Shown here in pieces: positions 12,304 through 24,404 of a DNA stretch of 64,000 nt (the first letter of the stretch is position 1; the number at the start of each line of letters is the position of its first letter). Origin of the DNA: Octopus vulgaris (lineage: Eukaryota). Under the pieces are notes generated by a model that did not search any database, was not told the origin of the DNA, and saw nothing but the letters and a program-made list of their open reading frames with translations. Where the stretch lies: positions 36,146,001-36,210,000 of the forward strand of contig OX597827.1 in assembly GCA_951406725.2 (NCBI GenBank), read 5' to 3'. A program made the translations under genes and the position numbers.

Positions 12304-12306
<3 letters not shown>
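12098..12306 (-). mobile_element. Family H1 hammerhead repeat embedded in (TA)n
   Basis: Minus strand CTTT-CTGTAGA-A-GAGC-GTAG-GCTC-GAAACG-TA-AAAG (about 12189-12224); long (TA)n on both sides. Confidence 0.75.
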
Positions 12307-12371
<65 letters not shown>

Positions 12372-13677
12372 GTATGTATGTATGTATGTATGTATGTATG
12401 TATGTATGTATGTATGTTATATTTCTTTGCAGATACTGAGACAGACTCAGATAAGAGAAAACGGATAAATTAATTAACAGGCACAGTTGTAAACACAAAA
12501 TTTAAATGCACCCAATCAGATCAAAAGAATACCTTCACCACCACCACCACAGAGAAAATAACAGCAATTCAGTATTTGCTATCGATGCAACCCTAAAAGA
12601 ATCACTAGACGTAGTCAACTTCACGTAAAAGAAAAAAAAACGTAAAATAGAAAGAGAAAATTTTGCCCAAATAATTAATCTAAGAAAACCAAGGAAGAAA
12701 ATGGTATTTTTTTTAACGAACGGAGGGTGTCTTTCATATGATCTGGCTAGTATATGGTAGTATGTCTGTTCCATCGAACGAAGTAAAGTATATGGAAGAC
12801 TTTAAGATCAAGGATGAGATGAGGAGACTAGCTGTTGTCTCAATACCATCGAAGTAAAAATTTCGTAACGACCTGTTTTGCTCTACATCTATCTAGGGAT
12901 TGTCACCATCTAGTACTGGATTCGATCTAATTAATATGTCATTCTTCCAAGTTGTATGAAGTTATACTTATAATTTTAGTCTTACTTTTATTGCATACCT
13001 TTACTGAACAAACAACAGCTTTATGTGTCAAAGGTAGATGCAATGTTTTATTTTGCTTTGGCGGTTTTTATTTTGCATTCGAAATATTCTATGTGGGTGT
13101 TGTGTAAACAGTATTTTTTTTTTTATATGTTGTATATTATCTGTGTTTATTTTATTGAACCTAGAATCCAGTTAAAATGTCCGTTGTCGATTTCTTTTTT
13201 ATAAGCTAGTAAAAGAAAACGAGGGAAATGTCCTTAGGATGGAGATATTGATGCAGGTGGTAGTATAAGATCTAGAAGGTGAAACACTGTAAAGAACGAT
13301 TTGAAGAAAGACGAAAGAGAAGCAGAGTTCGCTGGATACGCGATAGAAGCATCAGAAACAATGCATCTTTGAGAATAAGTTGACGTCACAACCAGCTCGT
13401 TCGGAAATGTCCTACTAAAAATGAAAATTGTTACATTCCTTCGATGACCTATTTCTGTCAGTCTTGATATGCACTTTCTCTTCTTGAGAAAGAAATAGGT
13501 TCCTTTGATCTGAAAATTCACATGTTGGACAGACCTATTCAAGGACGAGAAGGAAGGATTAGGAATGCCATGCTTATGAGGCAGAAAAACTACTGAAGCC
13601 GCCATGTCTGCGGAAGATCTTTGACAAAAAAAACTTGTGGCCGCTACAAGAATTCTTTATTATTATTCAATGCTTTT

Positions 13678-13890
13678 AAGGCAGCGAGCTGGCAGAATCG
13701 TTAGCGCGTGGGACAAAATGCTTATCGCCATTTCTTCCAATTCTCTGAGTTCAACTTCCACAGAGGTCAATTTTACCTATCGTCCTCTCAAGATCGATAA
13801 AATAAGTACCGGTTGAGCACCTGGGGTCAATGTAATCAACAAACCCCTTTCCCTCAAAATTGCTGGCATTGTGTCAAAATTTGAAACCAT
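13678..13890 (+). mobile_element. SINE family A copy
   Basis: Head AAGGCAGCGAGCTGGCAGAATCG and central GATCGATAAAATAAGTACC. Confidence 0.85.
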
Positions 13891-14134
13891 TATTGTTCGG
13901 TATTTTTATTTTTGTTTATTCTATTTAATCTGGTTATATTATTCAAACTGATGATCAAAGGCATTTCAGGTGTTACCATTTTGTCTTTAGGGGCAAATAA
14001 GACTACCTTATCTAATATGTCCTCTCCTTATTTAAGACGGTATCATTGGATATGAAAGGCATTTCGCTAGTATTGTTTTTGTCATAATTTGTATAACCGT
14101 TCTTGTTACTGACATCATCACTTATGAAAAGACC

Positions 14135-14345
14135 ACGGGCTGGCAGAATCGTTTGCACGTTGGACGAAATACTTAATGGCATGTCTTCTGTTTTTATGTT
14201 CGGAGTTTAAATGCCGCTGAGGTCAACTTTGTCTTTCATTCTTTCGGGGTCGATGAAATAATTACTAGTTAAGCACTAGGGTCAATGTAATCAACTAGCG
14301 ATTTCCCCAAACTTTCAGTCCTTGTGCCTATAATAGAAAGGATTA
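14135..14345 (+). mobile_element. SINE family A copy
   Basis: GCTGGCAGAATCG...TTTCATTCTTTCGGGGTCGATG...CCTTGTGCCTATAATAGAAAG. Confidence 0.82.
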
Positions 14346-14349
14346 TTAC

Positions 14350-15201
14350 GGTGCTAGTATAGTATGCGGTCTACCACAGTGTCAAACAGGGTTATAAACC
14401 TTATCTTTCAGATATTTCCAGATATTTCAGAGATTTAAAAACTTCAGATATTTCAGGGATCATTTTTTTCAGAAACATAGTTTTAGCATCCAACCATGAT
14501 CACTCAATGGCCTGAATGTGTGCTCCGGTCATTGGATCCACATAATGTCGTTAATGGTTCACTGTCAGATGGTGATAACCTATGGCGTTTAAATTATTAT
14601 AAGCGGGACACTCATCTGAATGAATTAATGAACCTTTATCACATTCTCTTTCAATAATTAGGATCAGACTGTTCCCGTCACGCCGTTCCACACAAAAGTA
14701 TCGACAGTATGAGCCTTGTTTGAGACCAAAAAACCCACGGCCGATCAATTCTACGTCCATGGTTCCTGTTGTTTCGTTGTTCAGCATCACTATCTTCGAA
14801 GAGAGGAGCGCTGTCGCCATTCAGCATTCTTCCTCAGTTGTATTTTCGTCGACCCGCAAATCTTGCTTCGTCGATCTGAATGGGGTTATCGTTTGTTCCA
14901 ACCATCTTCCCTCGTCGTTCATGATAAACTATGGCTCCGCACACCTCGCGGCACATATTGTACCAGTCAGTAATTGTATTTTTAGATTTTCCTGTTAGAG
15001 TCACTGCTGGGGTCATGGGTATATCTATGACAAAGAAAAATATTAGTTCTAAAATCTCACTCAGGCTCAGCTTGCAGTTTAATTTGTTGTTTATGTCCAT
15101 ATAATGGGAAAATTGGTTTCCTTTAGTAACTGAACGTTTAAGGTAGATAACCCTGGCTATACTATTTGACAACGTGGTAGACCGTATACTATGCTAGCAC
15201 C
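14350..15201 (-). mobile_element. Merlin (IS1016/IS1595-like DDE) transposon, internally deleted
   Basis: ~37 bp TIRs GGTGCTAGTATAGTATGCGGTCTACCAC / GTGGTAGACCGTATACTATGCTAGCACC; motifs TITDWYNMCREVC, IQIDEA..RRKYN, IHSDECPAYNNL..GYHHLTVNH, DPMTGAHIQAIE. Confidence 0.9.
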
Positions 15202-15564
15202 GAATGCATTTTCCTCTACTTCCCTCTAACTCCAGAATACATAGCTGTTGTTTATGTATGATCTTTCGGTCTTGCAAGAATTCTTTTCCTATATCTTCTC
15301 TTCATTTAATATCAACACAAACCAGCTAACGACCAAGCTCAGTTGAGTTGCTTAAAATACGTTTCGTCTTCCCATTCCACATTCTATTCCTTCTGCACAC
15401 CTCTCGCCTCTACGCCACATCCTTTATCTACCTCCCCGGTCTCAGTCTCCGTTGGCTGTCACAGCTCAGAGAGTCTAGTGTATTTGATGTGCTCTCTTCC
15501 GTTCATATTTCAAATCTCACAGGCTACTCCGAGCAGTAAAAAGGTGTTTACTTGGGCAAGTGAA

Positions 15565-16021
15565 GGATCTTTTCGGTTTGAACGGCTGTTTTTTCTAGCG
15601 GTATCATATGAAATTGTCACCCATAATTATGACCCTAGTATCGATCTATTGCATTTCAATATGTTTTAGGGTTATGGTTAGTTAGGGTTATGGTTAGTTA
15701 GGGTTATGGTTAGTTAGGGTTAGGGGTGGGGGAAAGGTATCTTTTTTCTTCAGAAATGTAAATAAACCCAATCTGTTTCTTAAACGAGGGACATATTTAT
15801 ACGGCACAGAATGTTTTCACCTCAATAGACGTCATTGATTGGTTGAAATTGCAGAAATTGAAGAAAAACCACAACAAATATCTTACAAACAATAGAATTT
15901 TCTCAATAAAGCCAAGAGAAAAAGATGTTATATAAACACATTGTACCAGTATACGAAGTTTAAAAGTGTTTAGTTACGTGGAAATTATTTTTAAAAACTG
16001 CCGTTCAAACCGAAAAGATTC
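15565..16021. mobile_element. MITE with 8 bp TSD and internal telomere-like repeats
   Basis: TIR GGATCTTTTCGGTTTGAACGGC / GCCGTTCAAACCGAAAAGATTC; CAAGTGAA at 15557-15564 and 16022-16029. Confidence 0.88.
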
Positions 16022-16055
16022 CAAGTGAATAATAATAATAATCATTGTTATTATT

Positions 16056-16268
16056 AAAGCGGCGTGCTGGCAGAAACGTTAGCACGGCGAGCAAAATACT
16101 TAGCATTTCGTCCGTCTTTACGTTCTGAGTTCATGTGTCGCTGAGGACGATTTTGCCTTTAATCCTTTCGGGTCGATAAAATAACTACCAGATGAGCACT
16201 GGGGTTGATGTATTCGATTTATTCCCTCTCCCGAAATTGCTAGCCTTGTACCAAAATTTAAAAGCATT
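16056..16268 (+). mobile_element. SINE family A copy
   Basis: AAAGCGGCGTGCTGGCAGAAACG head, shared central domain, ATT tail. Confidence 0.85.
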
Positions 16269-16899
16269 ATTATAATTATTACTTCTGTTTCTCAGAAATA
16301 ATTTGATAGCAATCCTATTAAATGTACTGAATTTAACCAATTCATTTGCTCTCGTCTTCTCCACTATGACTTTATTCGTAATCACTAAACCAAGTATATT
16401 TTAATCAAATTCGACAGCCATTCTCTCGAGATTCTTGGTCTGTACTCATGCATGATTATTGATGAGAACTAAAACAGAGAATTTAGAAACATCTATTACG
16501 AAAACAACTATCAAAGATGAAAATAAGAACGTATCACAAAACGTATAGCAATAACGAGAACAAATCGGTTTTAATGCTTTGATGGGTGCTCCAGTTTGGG
16601 CTAGAACCTTAAACATCTCTCAATATATCTACGAAGTGGATTAACTTATAATGTGAAGTTTCACAGGGTTGTCTCTTTTGAAAAAAAAAGTTATAAATGA
16701 TTACAGAGTTACTTCCCTTGAAAGACAATTTTTTAAAAAATATTCTCGACAACTCGAGATAATATCAGCAATTTAGTGTTTCTTATAATTAAAAACCATT
16801 ATAAAGTTAATACACTCTAAAATATTTCAAGGAAAGGATGCGAAAGTATCTTAACCAGTAAGAAAAAATGTCGAGAATTGAAAAAAAGAAAAATAATGT

Positions 16900-17480
16900 G
16901 TAGTGTTATTTTAATTTGCGAGTTATGTACCTTTGCAAACTCCTTTTTCGATGGACTATAGACATCTTTCTCTTGTATTTTTAACCACATTGCTGTTTCC
17001 AAAACAGAGCATATCTTTTTCTTTTGATCCCACGCAACAATTTCTGGCCATTTGTATGTTTTAACTTGGTGATTGTTTTAATTTTTAAGTTACACCATTA
17101 TTCTTTTGACCCATCATTCTGAATAAAGTCAACTGCTTCTGTTAGTGTTTTCTTTCTTGTTATCCTGTTCCAGACTATTCTGGCTACTGCATCATTCTTC
17201 ATGGGGAGATAATATCTGGAAGTCATTCTCTTGCAGTTGACAATAATGTGATTGATATCTTCAGTCTTTGTTTTGCACATTTGTTGCCTGCTAATGTCTT
17301 CTTTTTATGCTGCAAGTTCTTGATGGGGATCTCTTGTTCTTGAATTGCATGGAGGCAACCTTCAAAGTAGAAGGTTATAGACTTGTCGGTACTTCATACC
17401 AAATTTTTAATATGATCCGTATCTTCTATAGTTTGTGTTTTTCGTACCAAGTACCGATGCACTATCTTCTCAGCTGATAC
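16900..17480 (-). mobile_element. 3' remnant of an RLE-type LINE (R4/HERO/NeSL-like)
   Basis: EGCLHAIQEQEI, zinc-knuckle-like CKTKTEDINHIIVNC..YLPMKNDAVAR, PEIVAWDQKKK resembling the PD..D endonuclease motif. Confidence 0.72.
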
Positions 17481-17938
17481 AGATCTCAATTCATTTGTAG
17501 TCCGTGATGGAAGCAATCAACATTGGATAAATCGATCCTCCGTCATCAGGATAGAAAAGATCTTGCATTTCAGATCATAACGCAGAGAAGTTCTCTGCCT
17601 ATTGTGATGAACTACATCTACCAACATTATGATGGATCTCCGAGCCCCCAGAAACAGCTGTTGGACTTATAACATTTTACTTTCTCCCTTTTAATTTTCT
17701 CTGTCGAGTTGGATCTATTGATATAAATATTTATGTATTTATTCTTAAATATTCATCGTCTGAAAGTTTTCACTCATTACTTTCTCTCATTTTGCATGTA
17801 TACAAATATACATATTCTGTATTTCATACCCAAGCTGTTATATTTAATTTGTTAATCGCACAATTGCCTCCATAGCTGTTCAACTTGATCCCTCAGCGAT
17901 TTTCTTCCTCCATCTTCCTTTCTTTTAGACAGTCCTCT

Positions 17939-17973
17939 GTTTCTGAAGAAGAGCGTTGCTCGAAACGTTAAAC
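17939..17973 (+). ncRNA. Intact minimal type I hammerhead (family H1 copy, about 17870-18055)
   Basis: GTTT-CTGAAGA-A-GAGC-GTT-GCTC-GAAA-CG-TT-AAAC: perfect stems I and II, palindromic ACGT stem III. Confidence 0.8.
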
Positions 17974-18056
17974 CATCTTTCTTTCCTTCCCCGAGCGTCT
18001 GCTAATGATTTACATGTACCACGTCCTCGCGTTGTTGTATTTTGTGTTTGTTGTTT

Positions 18057-18272
18057 AAGGCGGCGAGCTGGCAGAAACGTTAGCACGCCGGGCGAAAAGC
18101 TTAGCGGTATTTCGTCTGTCTTTACGTTCTGAGTTCAAATTCCGCCGAGGTTGACTTTGCCTTTCATCATTTCGGGGTCGATAAATTAAGTAACAGTTGC
18201 ATACTGGGGTCGATCTAATCGACTGCCCCCTTTCTCCAAAATTTCGGGCCTTGTGCCTAGATTAGAAAAGAT
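18057..18272 (+). mobile_element. SINE family A copy
   Basis: Full head, box B-like GTTCAAATTCC, central domain; CpGs retained. Confidence 0.9.
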
Positions 18273-18308
18273 TGTTGTGCTTGTTGTTCTTCTTTTGGGG
18301 GGATTTAC

Positions 18309-18378
<70 letters not shown>

Positions 18379-18957
18379 AGATAAGGGCAGAAGAAAAATT
18401 CTAATGCCAGATACACCGAAACAAAAAATTGTCGATAACCATTAAATTTATGCGTTTCGAAACAAACCGATAGAAATCTCTAAAAAATTCGTTATTACCG
18501 TATTGGTCCAATTTCGTGGTTAATTCACAAGAAATTTTCCCCTCTTCAGCGGCAAACACGCGAGATATAAATGAAATACTTACTCATACCCACGGAAGAA
18601 GCAAGCACCAAGTCCCGAGCAGACTTAAGTACCCCAAATATATCCAAAATAGAAAAATCTTCGGCGCACTTCGAGACACGTGTGATTCGAACTAGAAACT
18701 TTCACAGAGTGATAGAATCCAGAAATGAACACCAATCTATTTATAATTAATATAGGATAAAATTTTTTCGGGAAAAAAATTTTATCAATGGCCAGCATAT
18801 CAAAAAATGATACTGCTTTTTTTTTTTTAGATGGATAGGTGGTGTTCCATCTAATGTGACTCCGCTCAGAAGGCTATAATGTTATTGTGGTTGGAATCAG
18901 GCAAAGAAATATATGGAACAAAGGTGATAACTTTAAACACGTTTATTATAGTCACAC

Positions 18958-19018
<61 letters not shown>

Positions 19019-21124
19019 GAAAAATACAAACTGGGACAAGAACGTAAAACATTTAGAAGACGATACAAAAAACGGACGGGACATTCGAAGCCTTCAATCT
19101 TCAGTCAAGAACCGGATCATCCTAGCAATTTCGGCTGATTTATCTTGAGATCGCTCCGATCCGGCCAGCCCCAAGGAAAAACTAAGCTACGAGCATTAGA
19201 TTTCTTGGAAGAAGGATCGAATGTATACGAAACAGGGACAGAAAAACGGACGATGCCACACGAATATAAAATACAAAAAACAATAATGGTAAAAACAGGT
19301 CAAAAACAGCGGGTGTCTTACGACTAATAAACAGTACAACAAGTTTAGCTGGCGTATTTGGAAATAATGCCTTTATCGGCAGACGAAGACAACGATGTTC
19401 TCACGGCAGTGGTCGGAGGCCAAAAGGCTGATTTTGACCAGCGGTCACGTGATTAAGAGAGAGAAAAGAAAGGGGGCAACGGAAACAAAGAGAGAGAGAA
19501 AGCTGAATGGAAGTGGTTGATGTACATTTATTCATATCTCTACATGCATCTGCGTGGGTTGTATGTTAGCTGTTAACCCTAGTGAGGAAAGCTCACGAAC
19601 ATCGATATGTTAGAACCAGTGCAGTGCTGTGTAGATGTTGACGACGTTGGTGAGAGACATCATTAGAGGCGACGAAGATGGAGATCGCTATAATGTGGTC
19701 AGTGGTTAGACCTTAGAAAATCTAGAACCAATTGTCGTAGAGAATAGAAGGAGGTAAGCTTTTATAGCAGACGGGTAGGCTCAAATGCACCTTGGAAAAG
19801 ACTGTCTCACGTGACTTATTTGAAGGTTGTGATTAGTTGGGTTGCATATTGGTGCGCGATAGAGTAAGAGATAAATTGCGCCAATACCGACCAATCAGTG
19901 TGGTAGACACAACGGGGTCCAAAACATCGTCCAGAGGTTGGCTGTTACCTGCTACGTTCGTAAGTATTTATATATAAGAGCGGAAGCTTGCTAGAGTTCG
20001 CTACACTTTTATCTCTTATAGAGATTTTATAACTAGCTAATTTACTTCTTAAATGTGTGTGTGTGTGTGTGTAAATCAAAATTAAAGTTTAGACTTAAAT
20101 TTAAAATTCAAACTGCGTTTTGGGTATGTCCATGTTCACTGCTTATAGCTACCTGGCGTCATCCACGGTGATTGCGCAATCGTCGCTGGGTCCACGTTAG
20201 GAATTCCTCAGTGCATTGTTTCTTATATTAATCAAAGTATGCAGTATTATAGATGCATTACAACCGATCTCATCAATTGGTTTCGCACAGGATATTAGGT
20301 AATCTGACAATTAACTCAGAAGCACACTCGTCAGTGTGACCAGTATGGAAAAGTCGGAAGGCATCTAATATTCTGTATGAGACTGAATAGTTAAATCGGC
20401 TGTAATGGACCTATAATATTATATATTTTCATTAATATACCCACTCTCTTGACTAGTACATGAGTGCTTATTTTTGTCTTAGTTATTTCTGAGTTTTGAC
20501 ATCTATATTGAATGTGCGTGTGTGTGTGGAGACAGCAAGAGAGGGTGGGGAGAAAGCAAATTAATAACTAAATAATAAAATCAAATATAAAATAAAATGA
20601 CAAAAATACAAGAGACATTCACGGTTATAAATATATTTATTCTCGTGGTTGGGTGCCGAGCATCTCAAGAACAACCACCGCTTTTCGTTGCAATGTCATG
20701 CTCTTTTCCAGGTGAATAGGAGCGGTGAGCCCCGAGTTCTCTTCCAAGCCGAGGTTGACTCTCTTACCATTTGCCTTTTCATAAACACCCCCAGTCAGTG
20801 GGAATTTAAGCTCGGAGTTGACCTTCTCCGAGTCTGGTTACCTTCCAAACCTGATCGTTCGCCTAGTTATACTGCTGATATTGTGGTGGACATAGTTGTG
20901 CCTTCTCCTAGAGACATACTTTAACAAAACAGCTCTACAAGTAGCTTGCAGCACGGAATATCTAAACTCCCTGTGTCATTACTGGATAGTCACTGACCTG
21001 GTTAACATAACATGCCGTTTACCGACGTAAGAAAGTGAAGATAACCAGTCCTAAAAATGAAAGTAAATTGCGACGGAACCCGGAAGTGACACCTAAAACT
21101 TTCATATAAAGAATGTATGATAAC

Positions 21125-21330
21125 CAATGTATAGAACGCCCAGTATCCTTCATGCCACTCTCCTCTGTGATATTTCCAACACATATATTTGGATTCGTCT
21201 ATTTCCATAGTAATGGTTCATCCTATATCATCCAGTCTACTGAGTTGCTGCGGATGAATTTCCGAGTGCTGCTCACAAACAACTCTCAGAAAATTACACC
21301 TATCAATCATGGTATTATTAATCACTTTTA
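21125..21330 (-). mobile_element. Second Merlin transposase fragment
   Basis: DRCNFLRVVCE...MEIDESKYMCWKYHRG..EGYWAF motif. Confidence 0.7.
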
Positions 21331-21419
21331 AATCAAAAATCATTTCGGCCTATGGATAGGTGCAGGCGTGCTTGTGTAGTAAGAAGCCTGCTTCCCAATC
21401 ACGTGCCTTTAAGCAGTAC

Positions 21420-21658
21420 AAAAACAACAAAAAATAGAAGGTGCAGTTATGTACAGGTTGACGGGAGAAAAGCAGGACTAAAACGGCTTTATCGATCGCA
21501 TTCTCACCTGGAATCGATTTTTGTCATTTTTTCAAGACTTATACACGCCCTGATACCGTCGGTATCTACATATCAAATTTGAGCGCAATCAGATGGAGGA
21601 TGCCCAAGATCCTAGAAGACACACACACAGACAGACAGAACGGATTTTATATAATAGA
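21420..21658 (-). mobile_element. Helitron-like 5' end
   Basis: Minus strand A|TCTATTATATAAAATCCGTTCTGTCTGTCTGTGTG, typical of non-autonomous Helitron starts. Confidence 0.6.
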
Positions 21659-21876
21659 TATTTGGTTGGTTGTTGTGGTCGGTTAGAGAGTGAGCATTGG
21701 TTTGGCAGGTATAAAACACTTAGCTGTATAGAGGACTTTTCAGACTAGTTGACCGGTCAACGAATTTGACCCTATAACAAACAACCTTCTAAGCATTACT
21801 GCTCTAGTGTTTTAGAACGGGCTTCGTTCAGGATATATATGAACCATTGACCGATGTATTTATATGTGCATGTATG

Positions 21877-21924
<48 letters not shown>

Positions 21925-21928
<4 letters not shown>

Positions 21929-22611
21929 ACGGTGAGTCACCAATATAACGGTATGGTTAAGGTGTGAAAGATGTAAGAAGAACAATTATTGAAGTTGTAA
22001 AGAAATATTTATTTACCTTTACTTTCTATATATATCCAAAACCATGACGGGTTGGTATGTATAATTAGTAAATGGAAAAGCATGCGAGGTTAAGAGAGTT
22101 AATTTCGGCCGGTATGTGTGTGCACTTTCTCGTAGTAGTTATTCACAGATAGAGATAGGATGATGTTGTAAGAGAAAAGAAATTGAGCTAGTGAAAGTTA
22201 TAGAATCGAGGTAAGTTGTATCTCATAGTTGGCTGATTGTAACTGTCTTTTTCCCACTGGCTGCCTGCTTGTGACCATGACTGAAGTTAGTCTCTGTTCA
22301 CTAACTGTTGCCTTACCAAATTCTAGTATTTATAACTATGTAAAACCAGCTAGAAGAATAAGCATATTGTTGAGAACAATAGATTTCGATGGGAGTCTGT
22401 CATCTCTATTCTAGCTATTAGTGAAATAGTAGAGGTTAGAAGAGTCAAGTGGCTAAGACAATATTCTGCTTAGCGAAGGCATCTGGCAAATGAAACTGCT
22501 GTCACAAACAGAAAAACTATTGTTTTACCGTGAGAAAAGTGGTGTTGAACTGTTAAGTGAAATTTGGCGATCGAAGATCGAATCCACGCTATGCCTACAT
22601 GAAGCCACTAC

Positions 22612-22612
<1 letters not shown>
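21925..22612. mobile_element. Probable solo LTR in a (TA)n tract
   Basis: ~690 bp non-coding block from TGTA to TACA, flanked by TA repeats. Confidence 0.55.
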
Positions 22613-22645
<33 letters not shown>

Positions 22646-22709
<64 letters not shown>

Positions 22710-22718
22710 GATAGATAA
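22646..22718. repeat. (GATA)n microsatellite
   Basis: Directly visible. Confidence 0.97.
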
Positions 22719-23024
22719 ATCAAAACAGTTTAATTCAGACCCCTTGGAACAAGCGTGTGGCTAGTCTTTGGCCATTGAAGTCTGAATGAGAATTCGATTG
22801 AAGAGAGTCTAGGTTTACTACTGGACGTTAGCCTGCGATTGGTTGAGAAAGGTCACACGTATAGCGGTTTGATGTTGTTATTTCAGCGACAACAATTAAG
22901 GCTAACGTCCAGCAGTAAACCTGGACTCTCTTCAATCGAACTCTCATTCAGACTTCAATGGCCGAAGACTAACCACACTCTTGAAACTCAGAGTACCAAG
23001 GGGTCTGAATCAAACTGTTTTGAT
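22719..23024. mobile_element. Fold-back/MITE-like element with ~115 bp inverted arms
   Basis: ATCAAAACAGTTT...TGGACGTTAGCCT mirrored by AGGCTAACGTCCA...AAACTGTTTTGAT. Confidence 0.88.
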
Positions 23025-23074
23025 CTATACATGTAACCCACAATAAATGCCCTTCTTTCGTTTGTCTACTCACT

Positions 23075-23107
<33 letters not shown>

Positions 23108-23124
23108 GTGTATGTATGTATGTG

Positions 23125-23205
<81 letters not shown>

Positions 23206-23682
23206 ATGTATGTATGTATGTATTTATAGGGTAGTGCGATCCGAAAGATCCTGCTATAGGACGTTGGTTAAGTTCAAGCATCTTCACAGCTAGTATAGTT
23301 GACTAATGGTGGACGATATACGATAAGGAGAATCTTATGCACTTTGTCCCTTATCGAGATCAATGGAAATTTCAACAAGTTGACAGTTACAGTATACCTT
23401 ACTATTTAGCAACGAACATTGCTAGATATGCGAATAAAAATCTTAGAATGTAAGGAATGCAAAACGTAAATAAAAATTAAATATGTTTCATAGTTAAATA
23501 ATGAGTTTTACAACACGAAGGTAATCGGACCTGAGGATTATCTAAACAAGTTCTGTGCGCGTTACAAATTTTGCAACACGCATTGTTAAGCTATGAAACA
23601 TGTGTAGTCATTATTTACGTTTTCCATTCCTTACTTTCTCGACTATAAAGAAACAAAGTCGTGAGGAGATACCCATCTGTAT

Positions 23683-23747
<65 letters not shown>

Positions 23748-23774
23748 TTTATTTTAAGCAGCAGAAAATTCAAC

Positions 23775-23822
23775 AAAATCTGTTACTCTGAGTTTCTCGT
23801 TGCCGTTCGTCAGACAGTTTTT
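23775..23822 (-). ncRNA. Hammerhead-like motif (family H2)
   Basis: AAAACTGT-CTGACGA-ACG GCAA CGA-GAAA-CTCAGAG-TA-ACAGATTTT; related to 31140-31175. Confidence 0.6.
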
Positions 23823-23906
23823 GCATATTACTCTACCACTGGTATTTGAGTACTCTTTTTTTTCCACCTTGTTTCACATTTATGTGTTTACTCCGGTAAA
23901 TATACA

Positions 23907-24404
23907 TACAGATGTGTATCTCCTCACGACTTTGTTTCTTTATAACTTTCTGAAAAAAATAAACATTTTTTTTTAATGAAATTTTCCGGAGGTACATTTT
24001 AGACGATGTAGAGTAGAGTTACATCGGAATTTGGTGTGGAAATTTTTCGTAGTGGTGGAAAGGAATTTCGGATAATTGACACACTCTGATTTCTGTTCTC
24101 ATAAGTTTCTGGCCATTTGTAATTGTATACATATCAGATGGTGCTGTTATGTCGAAGTTTGAAATGAAAAAAATTGAGGTAACGTCGGGTAATGCGCACA
24201 CACACCAACTTTGTTTCCTCATACATGTTGAGGAGGCATGTGAATTAACCCCCCCCCCCCACACACACACACATTATTTTTCACAAATTCCGATATGACC
24301 TTATTCTAGATCATATGAAACATGTCTGCAGAAAATATTATTTTAAAAAATATCCATTTTTCAGAAAGTTACGAGGGAACAAAGTCAGGCAAGGGACACA
24401 TGCC
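23907..24404. mobile_element. Non-autonomous TIR element with long diverged inverted arms (Tc1/mariner-like)
   Basis: 23910-24040 is inverted relative to 24282-24402; the same terminus occurs reversed at 23645-23682. Confidence 0.6.

Noticed and set aside
13234-13605. 123 aa minus-strand ORF as a host gene
   Set aside because: No recognisable domain; the opposite strand looks like a decayed LINE fragment (EGLGMPCL) that I cannot classify.
14551-15172. Bacterial IS1595 contamination or recent horizontal transfer
   Set aside because: Decayed, embedded among host SINEs, and consistent with the eukaryotic Merlin superfamily.
15666-15732. True telomere or chromosome fusion scar
   Set aside because: Short, degenerate and enclosed within a TIR/TSD-bounded element.
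19075-19110. Minus-strand CTGAAGA..GAAT hammerhead candidate
   Set aside because: GAAA core incomplete and stems unconvincing.
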